Part shown: piece after piece, positions 9,605 to 17,579 of the stretch
How positions within the stretch are numbered: position 1 is the first letter of the stretch
Layout of the letters: every line of letters starts with the position of its first letter
NCBI GenBank assembly: GCA_002773695.1
Contig: PFAJ01000070.1
Location: forward strand, 5,961 to 46,334
Source: Candidatus Doudnabacteria bacterium CG10_big_fil_rev_8_21_14_0_10_41_10
GTDB lineage: Bacteria; Patescibacteriota; Doudnabacteria; UBA920; 2-01-FULL-50-11
Direction: 5' to 3'
DNA length: 40,374 nucleotides
Notes under the pieces: model-generated
Told to the model about the DNA's origin: nothing
What the model saw: only the letters and a program-made list of their open reading frames with translations
Database searches by the model: none
Position numbers and translations under genes: made by a program

Positions 9605-10672
9605 TCACAGTTCTATCACTAGCGCGTTTTTTACAATTTCTTCAGGGAGTTCTTCCAAATTGGTGGTTGTCAAAAATATTTGTGAATCTTCCGGTAAACT
9701 TTCTAAAACCTGCCTTCTACGATCTTCGTCAAGCTCCGCTTGAATCTCGTCCAACAGCACAATCGGAGACATGTGAAGACCGTCTTGTAAATACGCGACT
9801 TCTTTTCTTTTTAAACAGGTAACAATGCTTCGCTGTTCTCCTCGTGATAAAAAATGTGCCAGATTGAAACTGTTACTGTCTTGAATTTTCCAATCATCCC
9901 GATGTGGCCCCGCGCCAGTCCTCCCCGAAGCGATATCCGCCTGTCTTTTTTCTAAAAATTTTTTTGCATACATTCCAGGGTTTTCACCTAAAGAGTTGTT
10001 ATAGTAAAACCTTAAATCTCGCTCCTGCCCACTAACCTTTTTGTACAACAAAGAAAGCCCTTGGTCTACATAATCTGAAAACTCTTTTCTTTTCCTCACT
10101 ATTTTTTCTGCCAACTCAATTGTTTTTGTATCCCAAAAATCCAACTGGTCTAACCCCGCAGACCCCTGCCGAATATTATAAAGTAATTCGTTTCGTTGGC
10201 TCACCACTTTTGTATAACTAGACAGTTCCTCCTCATAATCTTTGTTGGTTTGTAACAATATGTCGTCTAAATATTCTCTCCGTAAACTTGGAGACAATTG
10301 TAATAAATTCAGGTCCTGCGGTAAAAAAACTACGACCGGCAAATACCCCAGCATCTCCCCGGCCTTTTTTCTAACTCCATCAATTTTTTGCGCGCGCTCA
10401 TACCGCTTTTCATTTTTTCTTCCATAGTAATATTCAAATTCTTTTTCTTTGGTTTCAACCTTAATTCTAAAATAATTTTTTCCAAAACCTATCAACTCCC
10501 AAGATTTATTTGGGGGGAGGCCCAACAAAACAGACGCGTAAAAAATACTTTCCAAAAAACTTGTTTTACCACTGGCGTTTTTTCCCACTAAAATAACAAA
10601 ATCTTGATCTATTTTTAAATCAAGATTTGATAGCCCTCTGAAATTCTCAAGTCTTAGTCTGCTTATCTTCAT
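9605..10672 (-). CDS. recF: DNA replication/repair protein RecF
   Basis: RLENFRGL...GKNASGKTSFLESI Walker A, SMC-like signature region, and position after dnaN. Confidence 0.9.
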   Translation of the reverse strand: MKISRLRLENFRGLSNLDLKIDQDFVILVGKNASGKTSFLESIFYASVLLGLPPNKSWELIGFGKNYFRIKVETKEKEFEYYYGRKNEKRYERAQKIDGVRKKAGEMLGYLPVVVFLPQDLNLLQLSPSLRREYLDDILLQTNKDYEEELSSYTKVVSQRNELLYNIRQGSAGLDQLDFWDTKTIELAEKIVRKRKEFSDYVDQGLSLLYKKVSGQERDLRFYYNNSLGENPGMYAKKFLEKRQADIASGRTGAGPHRDDWKIQDSNSFNLAHFLSRGEQRSIVTCLKRKEVAYLQDGLHMSPIVLLDEIQAELDEDRRRQVLESLPEDSQIFLTTTNLEELPEEIVKNALVIEL

Positions 10673-10690
10673 TTACTTTTTTAGAGGCTA

Positions 10691-11788
10691 TTAAGTTTTT
10701 ATCGGCATCACCAGATAAAGATAATTATCTTCTCCTTCGGGAACCACCATCGCCGGGGAACTGCTATTTATAACCTTTAAAACAACCTCTTTGTTGTGAA
10801 GGTGGTTTAAACAATCAAGAATGTAACGATAGTTAAAAATTATATTATTATCCTCTCCTTCAACAACCCCTCTAACCTCTGTGGTGTTTGATCCCGCCCG
10901 TTGTGAGGTTGCTTTAATCACCACCGCGTCTTTATTTTTAATTATATCAAGTTCAACGTTATTATTTTCTTGAGCAAATAAACCGGAGAGTTTCAGCGCG
11001 GATGTTAGTTCTTTCACCCCCAATTTTATTTGAGTTGGAAAATCCGTTGGAATAATTTGTTTGTAGTCTGGATATTGCCCCTCTATTAAACGGGAGATTA
11101 TCTCTACCCCATTAACTTTGAATAATATTTGATTGTCAGAAATCAATATTTCTGCGTCGTTTTTACAACCACTCAAAACCCTCCCCAATTCAGTAATCGC
11201 CCTGTTTGGAACAATTGCTTTCTTTTCTCCTCCACCATTTTTTAAATCTATTATTTTTTCCGCCAATCGATATCGATCCGTGGCGGCCATTGTAAGTTTT
11301 TTTTCTCCCAGCTCAAAAAGTACTCCTGATAACTCCGGTTGAGTTTCTGAAAAGGACGAGGCAAACAAGATTTGTGCCACCGCTCCCGCTAAAATCTCTG
11401 CGTTTACTGTTGTTACAATGCCGTCTTGAATCTCAGGAATAAGTGGAAAATCTTCCGCTGGCAACCCTTTTACCACGGATTGGGTGCTTGGGGTTTTTAC
11501 CAAAAGGTCTGTCATTTTTGTTTCTAGCATTATTTTTTCCTCTGAAATATTGTTTATATAATCAACGATTGTGCGTGCCGGCACTGTTATCTCCCCCGGT
11601 TTTTCAATCTGGGCTCCAACCCATGTTTTAATTGCGATTTCTAGATTTGTTGAGGAAATTTTAAGTTGTCCCTCCTCGGTTTTCAGAAGAAGGTTGTTTA
11701 AAATCGGAAGGGTTGTGTTTGATCCCACGGCTCTAGACGCAAACCCTAACGCTCTTTTTAAATTTTCTTTTGTACAGTTTAATTTCAT
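10691..11788 (-). CDS. dnaN: DNA polymerase III beta sliding clamp
   Basis: 365 aa, three-domain clamp-like sequence (MKLNCTKENLKRALGFASRAV...), located between dnaA and recF. Confidence 0.92.
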   Translation of the reverse strand: MKLNCTKENLKRALGFASRAVGSNTTLPILNNLLLKTEEGQLKISSTNLEIAIKTWVGAQIEKPGEITVPARTIVDYINNISEEKIMLETKMTDLLVKTPSTQSVVKGLPAEDFPLIPEIQDGIVTTVNAEILAGAVAQILFASSFSETQPELSGVLFELGEKKLTMAATDRYRLAEKIIDLKNGGGEKKAIVPNRAITELGRVLSGCKNDAEILISDNQILFKVNGVEIISRLIEGQYPDYKQIIPTDFPTQIKLGVKELTSALKLSGLFAQENNNVELDIIKNKDAVVIKATSQRAGSNTTEVRGVVEGEDNNIIFNYRYILDCLNHLHNKEVVLKVINSSSPAMVVPEGEDNYLYLVMPIKT

Positions 11789-12016
11789 TTTTCAACAGCC
11801 CTTATTATTATTATTTAATTATATTAAAAAAGAAGTATTAGTAGTAGTCTCTGTGGATTTGTTAAGAACATACAAACAACCAATATTTATAACCACAAAA
11901 CAAAGAGGTTTTTTTGGTAGCTTGTGGAGATGGTTGTTGGCGGGCTGTTGGTAGACTTGTTGATAAATATAGTTATCCTTTTTTATACCAACCCATCAAC
12001 AAGATCTATACAGCCT
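11789..12016. other. candidate oriC segment (dnaA-dnaN intergenic) with DnaA-box-like 9-mers
   Basis: TGTGGATTT at 11853-11861, ATAACCACA at 11889-11897, TGTGGAGAT at 11923-11931, TGTTGATAA at 11958-11966 (one mismatch to TGTGGATAA), and TTATCCTTT at 11973-11981. Confidence 0.5.
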
Positions 12017-13393
12017 TTAAAGACAAGCCTTATCGACTATTAATAAGAGCTCTTGCTTTAGATTGTCGTCTTCTTTTTTGATTCTATTAATCTTATTAAT
12101 AGCATGAATTACTGTGGTATGGTCCCTTCCACCAAAAAACTCACCAATGGAAGGGAGAGACGTTTCCAGTTCTTTTCGGATCAGATACATAGAAATTTGA
12201 CGGGGTTTTACAAACTCTTTTTTTCGGGACTGTTTAACCAAGTCTTCAATGGTTACGTTGTAAAAATTAGCAGCTGCCTCCATAATTTTTCTCGGGGTAA
12301 GGCCGCGCTTCTTTGGTTGTGCTATCAGACTGCTCAATATTTCTTTAACCTTGTCAAGTGAGGGTTTGGTGGTGTTTATTTGGCAGTAAACAATTACTCG
12401 ATTAAGGGCGCCTTCCAACTCCCTAATATTAGATTCAATATTCGTGGCAATAAAATTGATCACTTCCGAAGAGATCTCGTAATTTTTTTCTTTTACTTTA
12501 CTTTTTAAAATAGCGGTTCTTGTTTCCAAATCCGGCGCCTGGATATCCGCCACCATTCCACCCTCAAACCTGGAAACCAGACGCTCCTCAATGGAAGGAA
12601 TTTCTTTTGGTAGCCGGTCTGAGGTAATAATAATTTGTTTATTGTGATTGTGGAGAGCGTTAAAAGTGTGAAAAAATTCTTCTTGGGTTTGCTCTTTCCC
12701 GGCAAGCGATTGAATGTCATCAATTAACAAAACATCGAGTTTACGATAACGGTTTTTAAAATCGTGGGCGCGGCCGTCTTTAACAGCCATAATAAATTCA
12801 TTAATAAAACGCTCGGCGGACACATACAACACTCGACTTTGAGGGGTGTTTTCAATAATTTTTCTACCAACAGCCTGCATGAGGTGAGTTTTACCCAAAC
12901 CGACACCCCCGTAAATAAACAAAGGGTTATAAGCAGTCCCCGGTTTTTCAGTAATAGCCAGTGCCGCCGCGTGAGCGAGTTCGTTGGTTTTTCCAACAAT
13001 AAAATTTCCAAAAGAAAATTTTGGGTTTAGAATACCGGCGAGAGTCCTTGGTTTTTGCGGCGCCTCTTCTATTTTTGTGTCTTTTCTGGTAACAAGTTCT
13101 GTTTTTTGATCTAGTTGTGGAGAAATTGCTGGTGGTTTGGCAAAAGACCCGATTTCGTAACGAATTTCTCTAATTTCAGGATCAATGGATCGCACCGCTT
13201 GTAGGATGTTTTGGTGATATTTTTTTTGAAGCCATTCTTTAGTAAAAGTATTCGGCACCCCTATGGTCACTCCTCCAGGAGTGCTGTTAACAACAAAAGT
13301 ATTTTTAAACCAAGTGGTAAAGTTTGGTTTAGAGAGGGAAAGTTCAAGGTTTCCCAATACTGCCCGCCAAAATTGTTCATTGTTCATGGACAT
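12017..13393 (-). CDS. dnaA: chromosomal replication initiator DnaA
   Basis: GGVGLGKTHLMQA Walker A, LLIDDIQ, and a C-terminal DNA-binding helix (GGRDHTTVIHAINKI). Confidence 0.95.
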   Translation of the reverse strand: MSMNNEQFWRAVLGNLELSLSKPNFTTWFKNTFVVNSTPGGVTIGVPNTFTKEWLQKKYHQNILQAVRSIDPEIREIRYEIGSFAKPPAISPQLDQKTELVTRKDTKIEEAPQKPRTLAGILNPKFSFGNFIVGKTNELAHAAALAITEKPGTAYNPLFIYGGVGLGKTHLMQAVGRKIIENTPQSRVLYVSAERFINEFIMAVKDGRAHDFKNRYRKLDVLLIDDIQSLAGKEQTQEEFFHTFNALHNHNKQIIITSDRLPKEIPSIEERLVSRFEGGMVADIQAPDLETRTAILKSKVKEKNYEISSEVINFIATNIESNIRELEGALNRVIVYCQINTTKPSLDKVKEILSSLIAQPKKRGLTPRKIMEAAANFYNVTIEDLVKQSRKKEFVKPRQISMYLIRKELETSLPSIGEFFGGRDHTTVIHAINKINRIKKEDDNLKQELLLIVDKACL

Positions 13394-13656
13394 TACAAGT
13401 GTTTGATAATTTCTTATTAAAGCGTAATATTTGGCTTAATTGAGCAAAAAAATAGCCAACTGTATGCCTGAAATTCGATTCAATTTATAATAATTTATCA
13501 CGCCCATTCATTTTAACAGATAAGTTATCAACATGTAAAATATATATATTTCGGCTAAATTTAGCGAAATTTTGACAAATCTGTGGATTTGTTGTGGAAG
13601 AAAGGTTGATGATTTTGTTTACCTAACCCTATTTTAAAAAAGAAATTTTCGAAGTC
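13394..13656. other. candidate oriC segment upstream of dnaA (DnaA-box-like sites plus AT-rich tract)
   Basis: TTATCAACA at 13525-13533 (one mismatch to TTATCCACA), TGTGGATTT at 13583-13591, TGTGGAAGA at 13593-13601, and an AT-only run aaaatatatatatt at 13537-13550. Confidence 0.5.
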
Positions 13657-13685
13657 TTGGTAAAAGAACTAAAAAATTGTATAAT
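13657..13685 (+). promoter_or_regulatory. putative sigma70-type promoter of the rpmH operon
   Basis: TTGGTA (13657-13662), a 17-nt spacer containing an extended TG, then TATAAT (13680-13685). It lies 34 nt upstream of the rpmH ATG. Confidence 0.45.
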
Positions 13686-13718
13686 AAAACAGACTTTTTC
13701 ATTAAAATAAGTAAAAAG

Positions 13719-13856
13719 ATGACCAAAAGAACTTGGCAACCAAAGAAAAAAAAGAGAGCGCGTAGTCACGGTTTTCTAAAAAGGCGAAGAACCACAGCCG
13801 GAAGGGCGGTTCTTGCTCGCCGAAGGAACAAAGGAAGAAAAAGAATAACAGTATAA
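13719..13856 (+). CDS. rpmH: 50S ribosomal protein L34
   Basis: 45-aa ORF below the track cutoff: [45 protein letters not shown]. This is a classic L34 sequence in the classic position upstream of rnpA. Confidence 0.92.
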   Translation: MTKRTWQPKKKKRARSHGFLKRRRTTAGRAVLARRRNKGRKRITV

Positions 13857-13861
13857 TTTCA

Positions 13862-14218
13862 ATGCTTCCCAAACAAAGCCGTTTAAGTAAAGAAAAAGAC
13901 ATTGTGTTGGTGTTGAGAAGAGGACGCCGGCTTACCTCTTCTTTTATGAATTTAAATGTTTTAAATAACCACACAAAAGTTTCGCGGTTTGGGTTTATTG
14001 TTTCAAAAAAAGTCGCGGCCAAACCGATAAAAAGGAATTTGATTAAACGGCGGATGAGAAATATTATTGGGAAACATAAAAAAAATCTCCTAACCGGTTT
14101 TGATTGTCTGTTTGTGACAAAACCTCCCATTAAACTGGTTGATTATCAAGACACAGAAAAAGAGCTGTTGGGGTTGTTGGAGAGAGCGGGGCAAGTAAAG
14201 AAAAAGCCGGGTAGCTAA
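13862..14218 (+). CDS. rnpA: RNase P protein component
   Basis: 118 aa, basic, MLPKQSRLSKEKD...FGFIVSKKVAAKPIKRNLIKRRMR, located after rpmH. Confidence 0.85.
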   Translation: MLPKQSRLSKEKDIVLVLRRGRRLTSSFMNLNVLNNHTKVSRFGFIVSKKVAAKPIKRNLIKRRMRNIIGKHKKNLLTGFDCLFVTKPPIKLVDYQDTEKELLGLLERAGQVKKKPGS

Positions 14219-14223
14219 AAATT

Positions 14224-14460
14224 ATGAAGTATATCTTAATAAAAATTATAGAAATTTACCAAGCGACATTTTCGCCAGATCATGGATGGTTTAAACACCA
14301 CCATCCTTATGGATATTGCAGGTTTTATCCAAGCTGTTCTGAATACACGCGCCAAGCAATAGAAAAGAAGGGGGCCGTGAAGGGAACTTTTATGGGAATA
14401 AAAAGGGTGTTGAAGTGTAATCCTTATACTCAACCGGAAGTCGACCATGTTTTATTTTAG
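14224..14460 (+). CDS. yidD: membrane protein insertion efficiency factor YidD
   Basis: YQATFSP...CRFYPSCSEYTRQAIEKKG motif. 78 aa. Confidence 0.85.
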   Translation: MKYILIKIIEIYQATFSPDHGWFKHHHPYGYCRFYPSCSEYTRQAIEKKGAVKGTFMGIKRVLKCNPYTQPEVDHVLF

Positions 14461-14492
14461 ATTTTATAAAAGCTAAACCTTAAACACTTATA

Positions 14493-15221
14493 ATGCTCTC
14501 AAATATCTACCATACAATTTTAGTCTCTCCTTTATTAAATTTATTAGTATTTTTTTACAATTTACTTTGGAGTGATATTGGTTTGGCGATAATCGCTGTT
14601 ACGGTTTTAGTAAGATTAATTTTATACCCGTCTTTTAAACACCAACTCGAGTCGCAAAAAAAATTATCAGAGCTTCAACCTCAACTGCAAGAACTTCGAA
14701 AGAAACACAAAGACGACAAGGAAGCGCAAAGTAAGGCAATGATGGATTTTTACAAAAACAACAAAGTAAACCCGTTTGGTTCGTGTTTACCAATGTTGAT
14801 ACAGTTGGTTATTTTATTTGCTTTATACCGAGTGTTTTTAACCGGCCTAAATGGAGAGATACTAAACCAACTTTACTCGTTTGTACCAAACCCGGGAGAA
14901 ATAAATCCGGTGTCATTAGGGTTTATTAATCTTGCTGAAAGCAGTTTGGTTTTGGCTGTTATTACCGGAATAGCACAATTTTTCCAAAGTAAATTAATGA
15001 CTAAATTTACCCCAAAATCCGTAAAAAACGGAAAAGACGCGGGGGGAATGATGACTAACATGATGTCGACGCAATTCGTTTATATTTTCCCGGTTATTAC
15101 AGTGGTTATTGGTATGAGGTTGCCGTCGGGGTTGGTAATTTATTGGCTTATTACCACGCTGTTTGCGGTTGGACAACAATATTTTATAATGAGAGGAAAA
15201 TCAAAAACCGCTAATCAATAA
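14493..15221 (+). CDS. yidC: membrane protein insertase YidC/Oxa1 (short form)
   Basis: 242 aa with a conserved core (KLSELQPQLQELRKKHKDDKEAQSKAMMDFYKNNKVNPFGSCLPMLIQ). Confidence 0.88.
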   Translation: MLSNIYHTILVSPLLNLLVFFYNLLWSDIGLAIIAVTVLVRLILYPSFKHQLESQKKLSELQPQLQELRKKHKDDKEAQSKAMMDFYKNNKVNPFGSCLPMLIQLVILFALYRVFLTGLNGEILNQLYSFVPNPGEINPVSLGFINLAESSLVLAVITGIAQFFQSKLMTKFTPKSVKNGKDAGGMMTNMMSTQFVYIFPVITVVIGMRLPSGLVIYWLITTLFAVGQQYFIMRGKSKTANQ

Positions 15222-15229
15222 ATTTTTTT

Positions 15230-15691
15230 ATGGAAGGAACACAGGAAAAAATTAAACAGCATATTTTAAAACTCCTCGATCTTTTAAAGATCGAGGGGAC
15301 GGTAGCGATAGATGACCGTAACGGGCAGCTTTTTTTTAACATCACAAGTGAAGATTCAAATATGTTAATCGGTCACTACGGACAGAACCTGAAAGGGCTG
15401 CAACATTTGGCGCGATTGCTTGCAAGAAAAGATGTTTTAAAAGGACAGTTGCCCCAACGGTTTTATGTGGATGTGGGAGATTATCGGAAAGAGCGAGGAG
15501 TGTTTTTAGAGGCACTGGCCCGCAAAGCGGCTTCGCGAGTACGGGAGACTAAACAAACCTTGATTTTGAAACCAATGAACAGTTCTGATCGGAAGATGAT
15601 TCATGTGACCCTGTCAAATTTTGATGATTTAATAACCGAGAGCGTTGGTGACGAGCCGGAAAGAAGGATCGTGATTAAACTGAAGGAGTAA
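15230..15691 (+). CDS. jag: Jag-like KH/R3H RNA-binding protein
   Basis: 153 aa with the R3H-type segment LKPMNSSDRKMIHVTLSNF, located after yidC. Confidence 0.8.
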   Translation: MEGTQEKIKQHILKLLDLLKIEGTVAIDDRNGQLFFNITSEDSNMLIGHYGQNLKGLQHLARLLARKDVLKGQLPQRFYVDVGDYRKERGVFLEALARKAASRVRETKQTLILKPMNSSDRKMIHVTLSNFDDLITESVGDEPERRIVIKLKE

Positions 15692-15697
15692 TTTTTG

Positions 15698-15866
15698 TTA
15701 TTTCTGGCAGAATACCCCTGCGGCTTGCATTGTGGGTATTCTGCCTGCCCGAAGCTCCGCGAAGCGGAACGGAGGAAATAACCCGATCAAACACGTCTGC
15801 TAGCATAAATATAAAAATGCGAGCAGACGTAGTATTCCCTTTAGGGAATACCCTGCAAGAAGCTTT
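15698..15866 (+). repeat. structured intergenic element of about 170 nt, copy 1 (candidate ncRNA or non-autonomous element)
   Basis: About 80 percent identical by eye to 40205-40374. Hairpins: GGCAGAATACCC/GGGTATTCTGCC (15706-15745), ACGTCTGCT/AGCAGACGT (15793-15830), and GTATTCCC/GGGAATAC (15832-15851). A possible closing helix pairs TTATTTCT (15698-15705) with GGAAATAA (15774-15781). Confidence 0.55.
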
Positions 15867-15951
15867 AGGGCTCGTTATTTTTGCAGATGCCTAATTTATC
15901 AGGCCGATAAATTGGCAGATTTTACTAAACAAGAAGAGTTAAAATAATTAT

Positions 15952-15986
15952 AAAAAAACCGTCAGTTTTCAGACCGACGGCTTTTT
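15952..15986. terminator. bidirectional-looking terminator hairpin
   Basis: An A-run, CCGTC...GACGG hairpin, then CTTTTT. Confidence 0.5.
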
Positions 15987-16128
15987 AGATATTTTTTAAT
16001 TTATTATTCCCCGCGGCAAGCTGTGAGGTTAACTTTTTATCCAACACCTGCGCCGGTTTAATTTCTTTTTTCATAGTATCTGCCAGCGATTTTTGAAGCC
16101 TCTTTAACGGTTTTTGTTGTAACGGTTA

Positions 16129-17460
16129 TCATATTTTTGTATTTGTTAATGTATGTGATTTTAAAACAGGTAAAACTCCAATCAAAAACCAAAACAGAAT
16201 TGCTAAATCATTTTTGAAAAACGGCGCGTCGACTTGGCCGTGGACAAATAAAACAATTATTCCTGCAAAGAGGGCCAGGATTAACGGCTGTGTTTCCGAG
16301 TTTTCTTTATAAAGTTTTATTCCCTTCCAAAAAATCCAAACCAATATCAATACCACAGACAGCACTCCAAGTAAACCCGTCTCCACCCAGAAATTTAGAA
16401 AGAAATTGTGAGGATAATTTAAAACTTCATCAGTGCTTGACTCTCTGATTTCGGCGTAAGCCTCACGAAATCCGTACAACCCCACTCCAATCATCGGATT
16501 CTCCTTAATTATTTCCCATGTGCCCTTGTAAAGCTTTATACGCTCATGAGAAGCAGGGTCAGCGCCAGTGAATAGAGGGGCTAGGCGGTCGCGGGATGTC
16601 GGGATCATTAAAGTTCCAACAATCCCAATTAAAAGCAATGCGATTATCGGCTTTTTAAATTTATTGAATAAGGATAAAAACAATATCGCCACGACATAAC
16701 CAATCCATGCTCCGCGGGAAAAAGTTAGCATTAAAAGAATAATACCTAATAGGGTTACAATGATTAGGAATTTTTTTGAAAAAATAAGATCCCTTTTAAT
16801 CCCTCCTTGTAAAGGGGAAAAAATTAATTTATCCCAAAAAATTAATAGGGCAGAATAGATTGCAAGAATTGGTGTGATCAAAAGCGCCACGGCATTGGGG
16901 TAAGTGTAAAACGAAACGATTCGTCTGGGCTCGGTTCCCGGTCCCCACCAAGACGGGGGGAGGTGGTACAGAGTGAAAAACTGGTAAATTCCAAAAACCG
17001 ATAAAAAAATTATTAATACCCCAAGAGTTTTTAATGAATTGAAAAGCTTTTTTTGGTTGTCGATTAGTAAAATAAACAATATCCAAAAAAGAAACCCTTC
17101 AAAAAAATATGCTTTAAAAAGCCCCAGCGCTTTTATTGTTTGTGGGCTTGTAAAAATAGCAATTCCAGAAGCCAATAAAAACAAAAATATGAAAATTATT
17201 AACCAATAAGATTGTTTTATAATAGCCAGGAGCCGTGCGATTATCGTTTTACGGTATTTTTGGTTAACAATAAGGCGCGTAAAAATTACTGCTGCCAAAA
17301 TTAAAATCAACCACTCAAGATAAGTGGTTGGGAATGCGGGCATATTAAAACGGACTTGATAAGTAGGAAGTAGTAATAGGATTATATAAATACCCCAGTG
17401 AGGCCGGAGGGAGATGAGGAGAGTGTAGATTATTAGAGAAAGGATAATTACAATTAACAT
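16129..17460 (-). CDS. O-antigen ligase/polymerase-like (Wzy_C) membrane protein
   Basis: 443 aa and polytopic, with a Wzy_C-like segment (TFSRGAWIGYVVAILF...NYPHNFFLNFWVETGLLGV). Confidence 0.75.
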   Translation of the reverse strand: MLIVIILSLIIYTLLISLRPHWGIYIILLLLPTYQVRFNMPAFPTTYLEWLILILAAVIFTRLIVNQKYRKTIIARLLAIIKQSYWLIIFIFLFLLASGIAIFTSPQTIKALGLFKAYFFEGFLFWILFILLIDNQKKLFNSLKTLGVLIIFLSVFGIYQFFTLYHLPPSWWGPGTEPRRIVSFYTYPNAVALLITPILAIYSALLIFWDKLIFSPLQGGIKRDLIFSKKFLIIVTLLGIILLMLTFSRGAWIGYVVAILFLSLFNKFKKPIIALLLIGIVGTLMIPTSRDRLAPLFTGADPASHERIKLYKGTWEIIKENPMIGVGLYGFREAYAEIRESSTDEVLNYPHNFFLNFWVETGLLGVLSVVLILVWIFWKGIKLYKENSETQPLILALFAGIIVLFVHGQVDAPFFKNDLAILFWFLIGVLPVLKSHTLTNTKI

Positions 17461-17579
17461 AGTTCAAAGCACTAACCAGTTCTTCAATATTTAACAACTA
17501 ATAACTAATCAATGACTAATTAGTAATTAACAAATTGAGAATTGATTAGGCGTTAAACATTAGTAATTAGGAATTTTAC

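Noticed and set aside
13702-14130. 142-aa minus-strand ORF.
   Set aside because: It is antisense to rpmH and rnpA, both of which are confidently identified.
16007-16075. 24-codon minus-strand ORF (MKKEIKPAQVLDKKLTSQLAAGNNKLKNI) between the terminator and the ligase gene.
   Set aside because: It is too short, has no SD and overlaps a hairpin-repeat fragment, so there is no support beyond an ATG.
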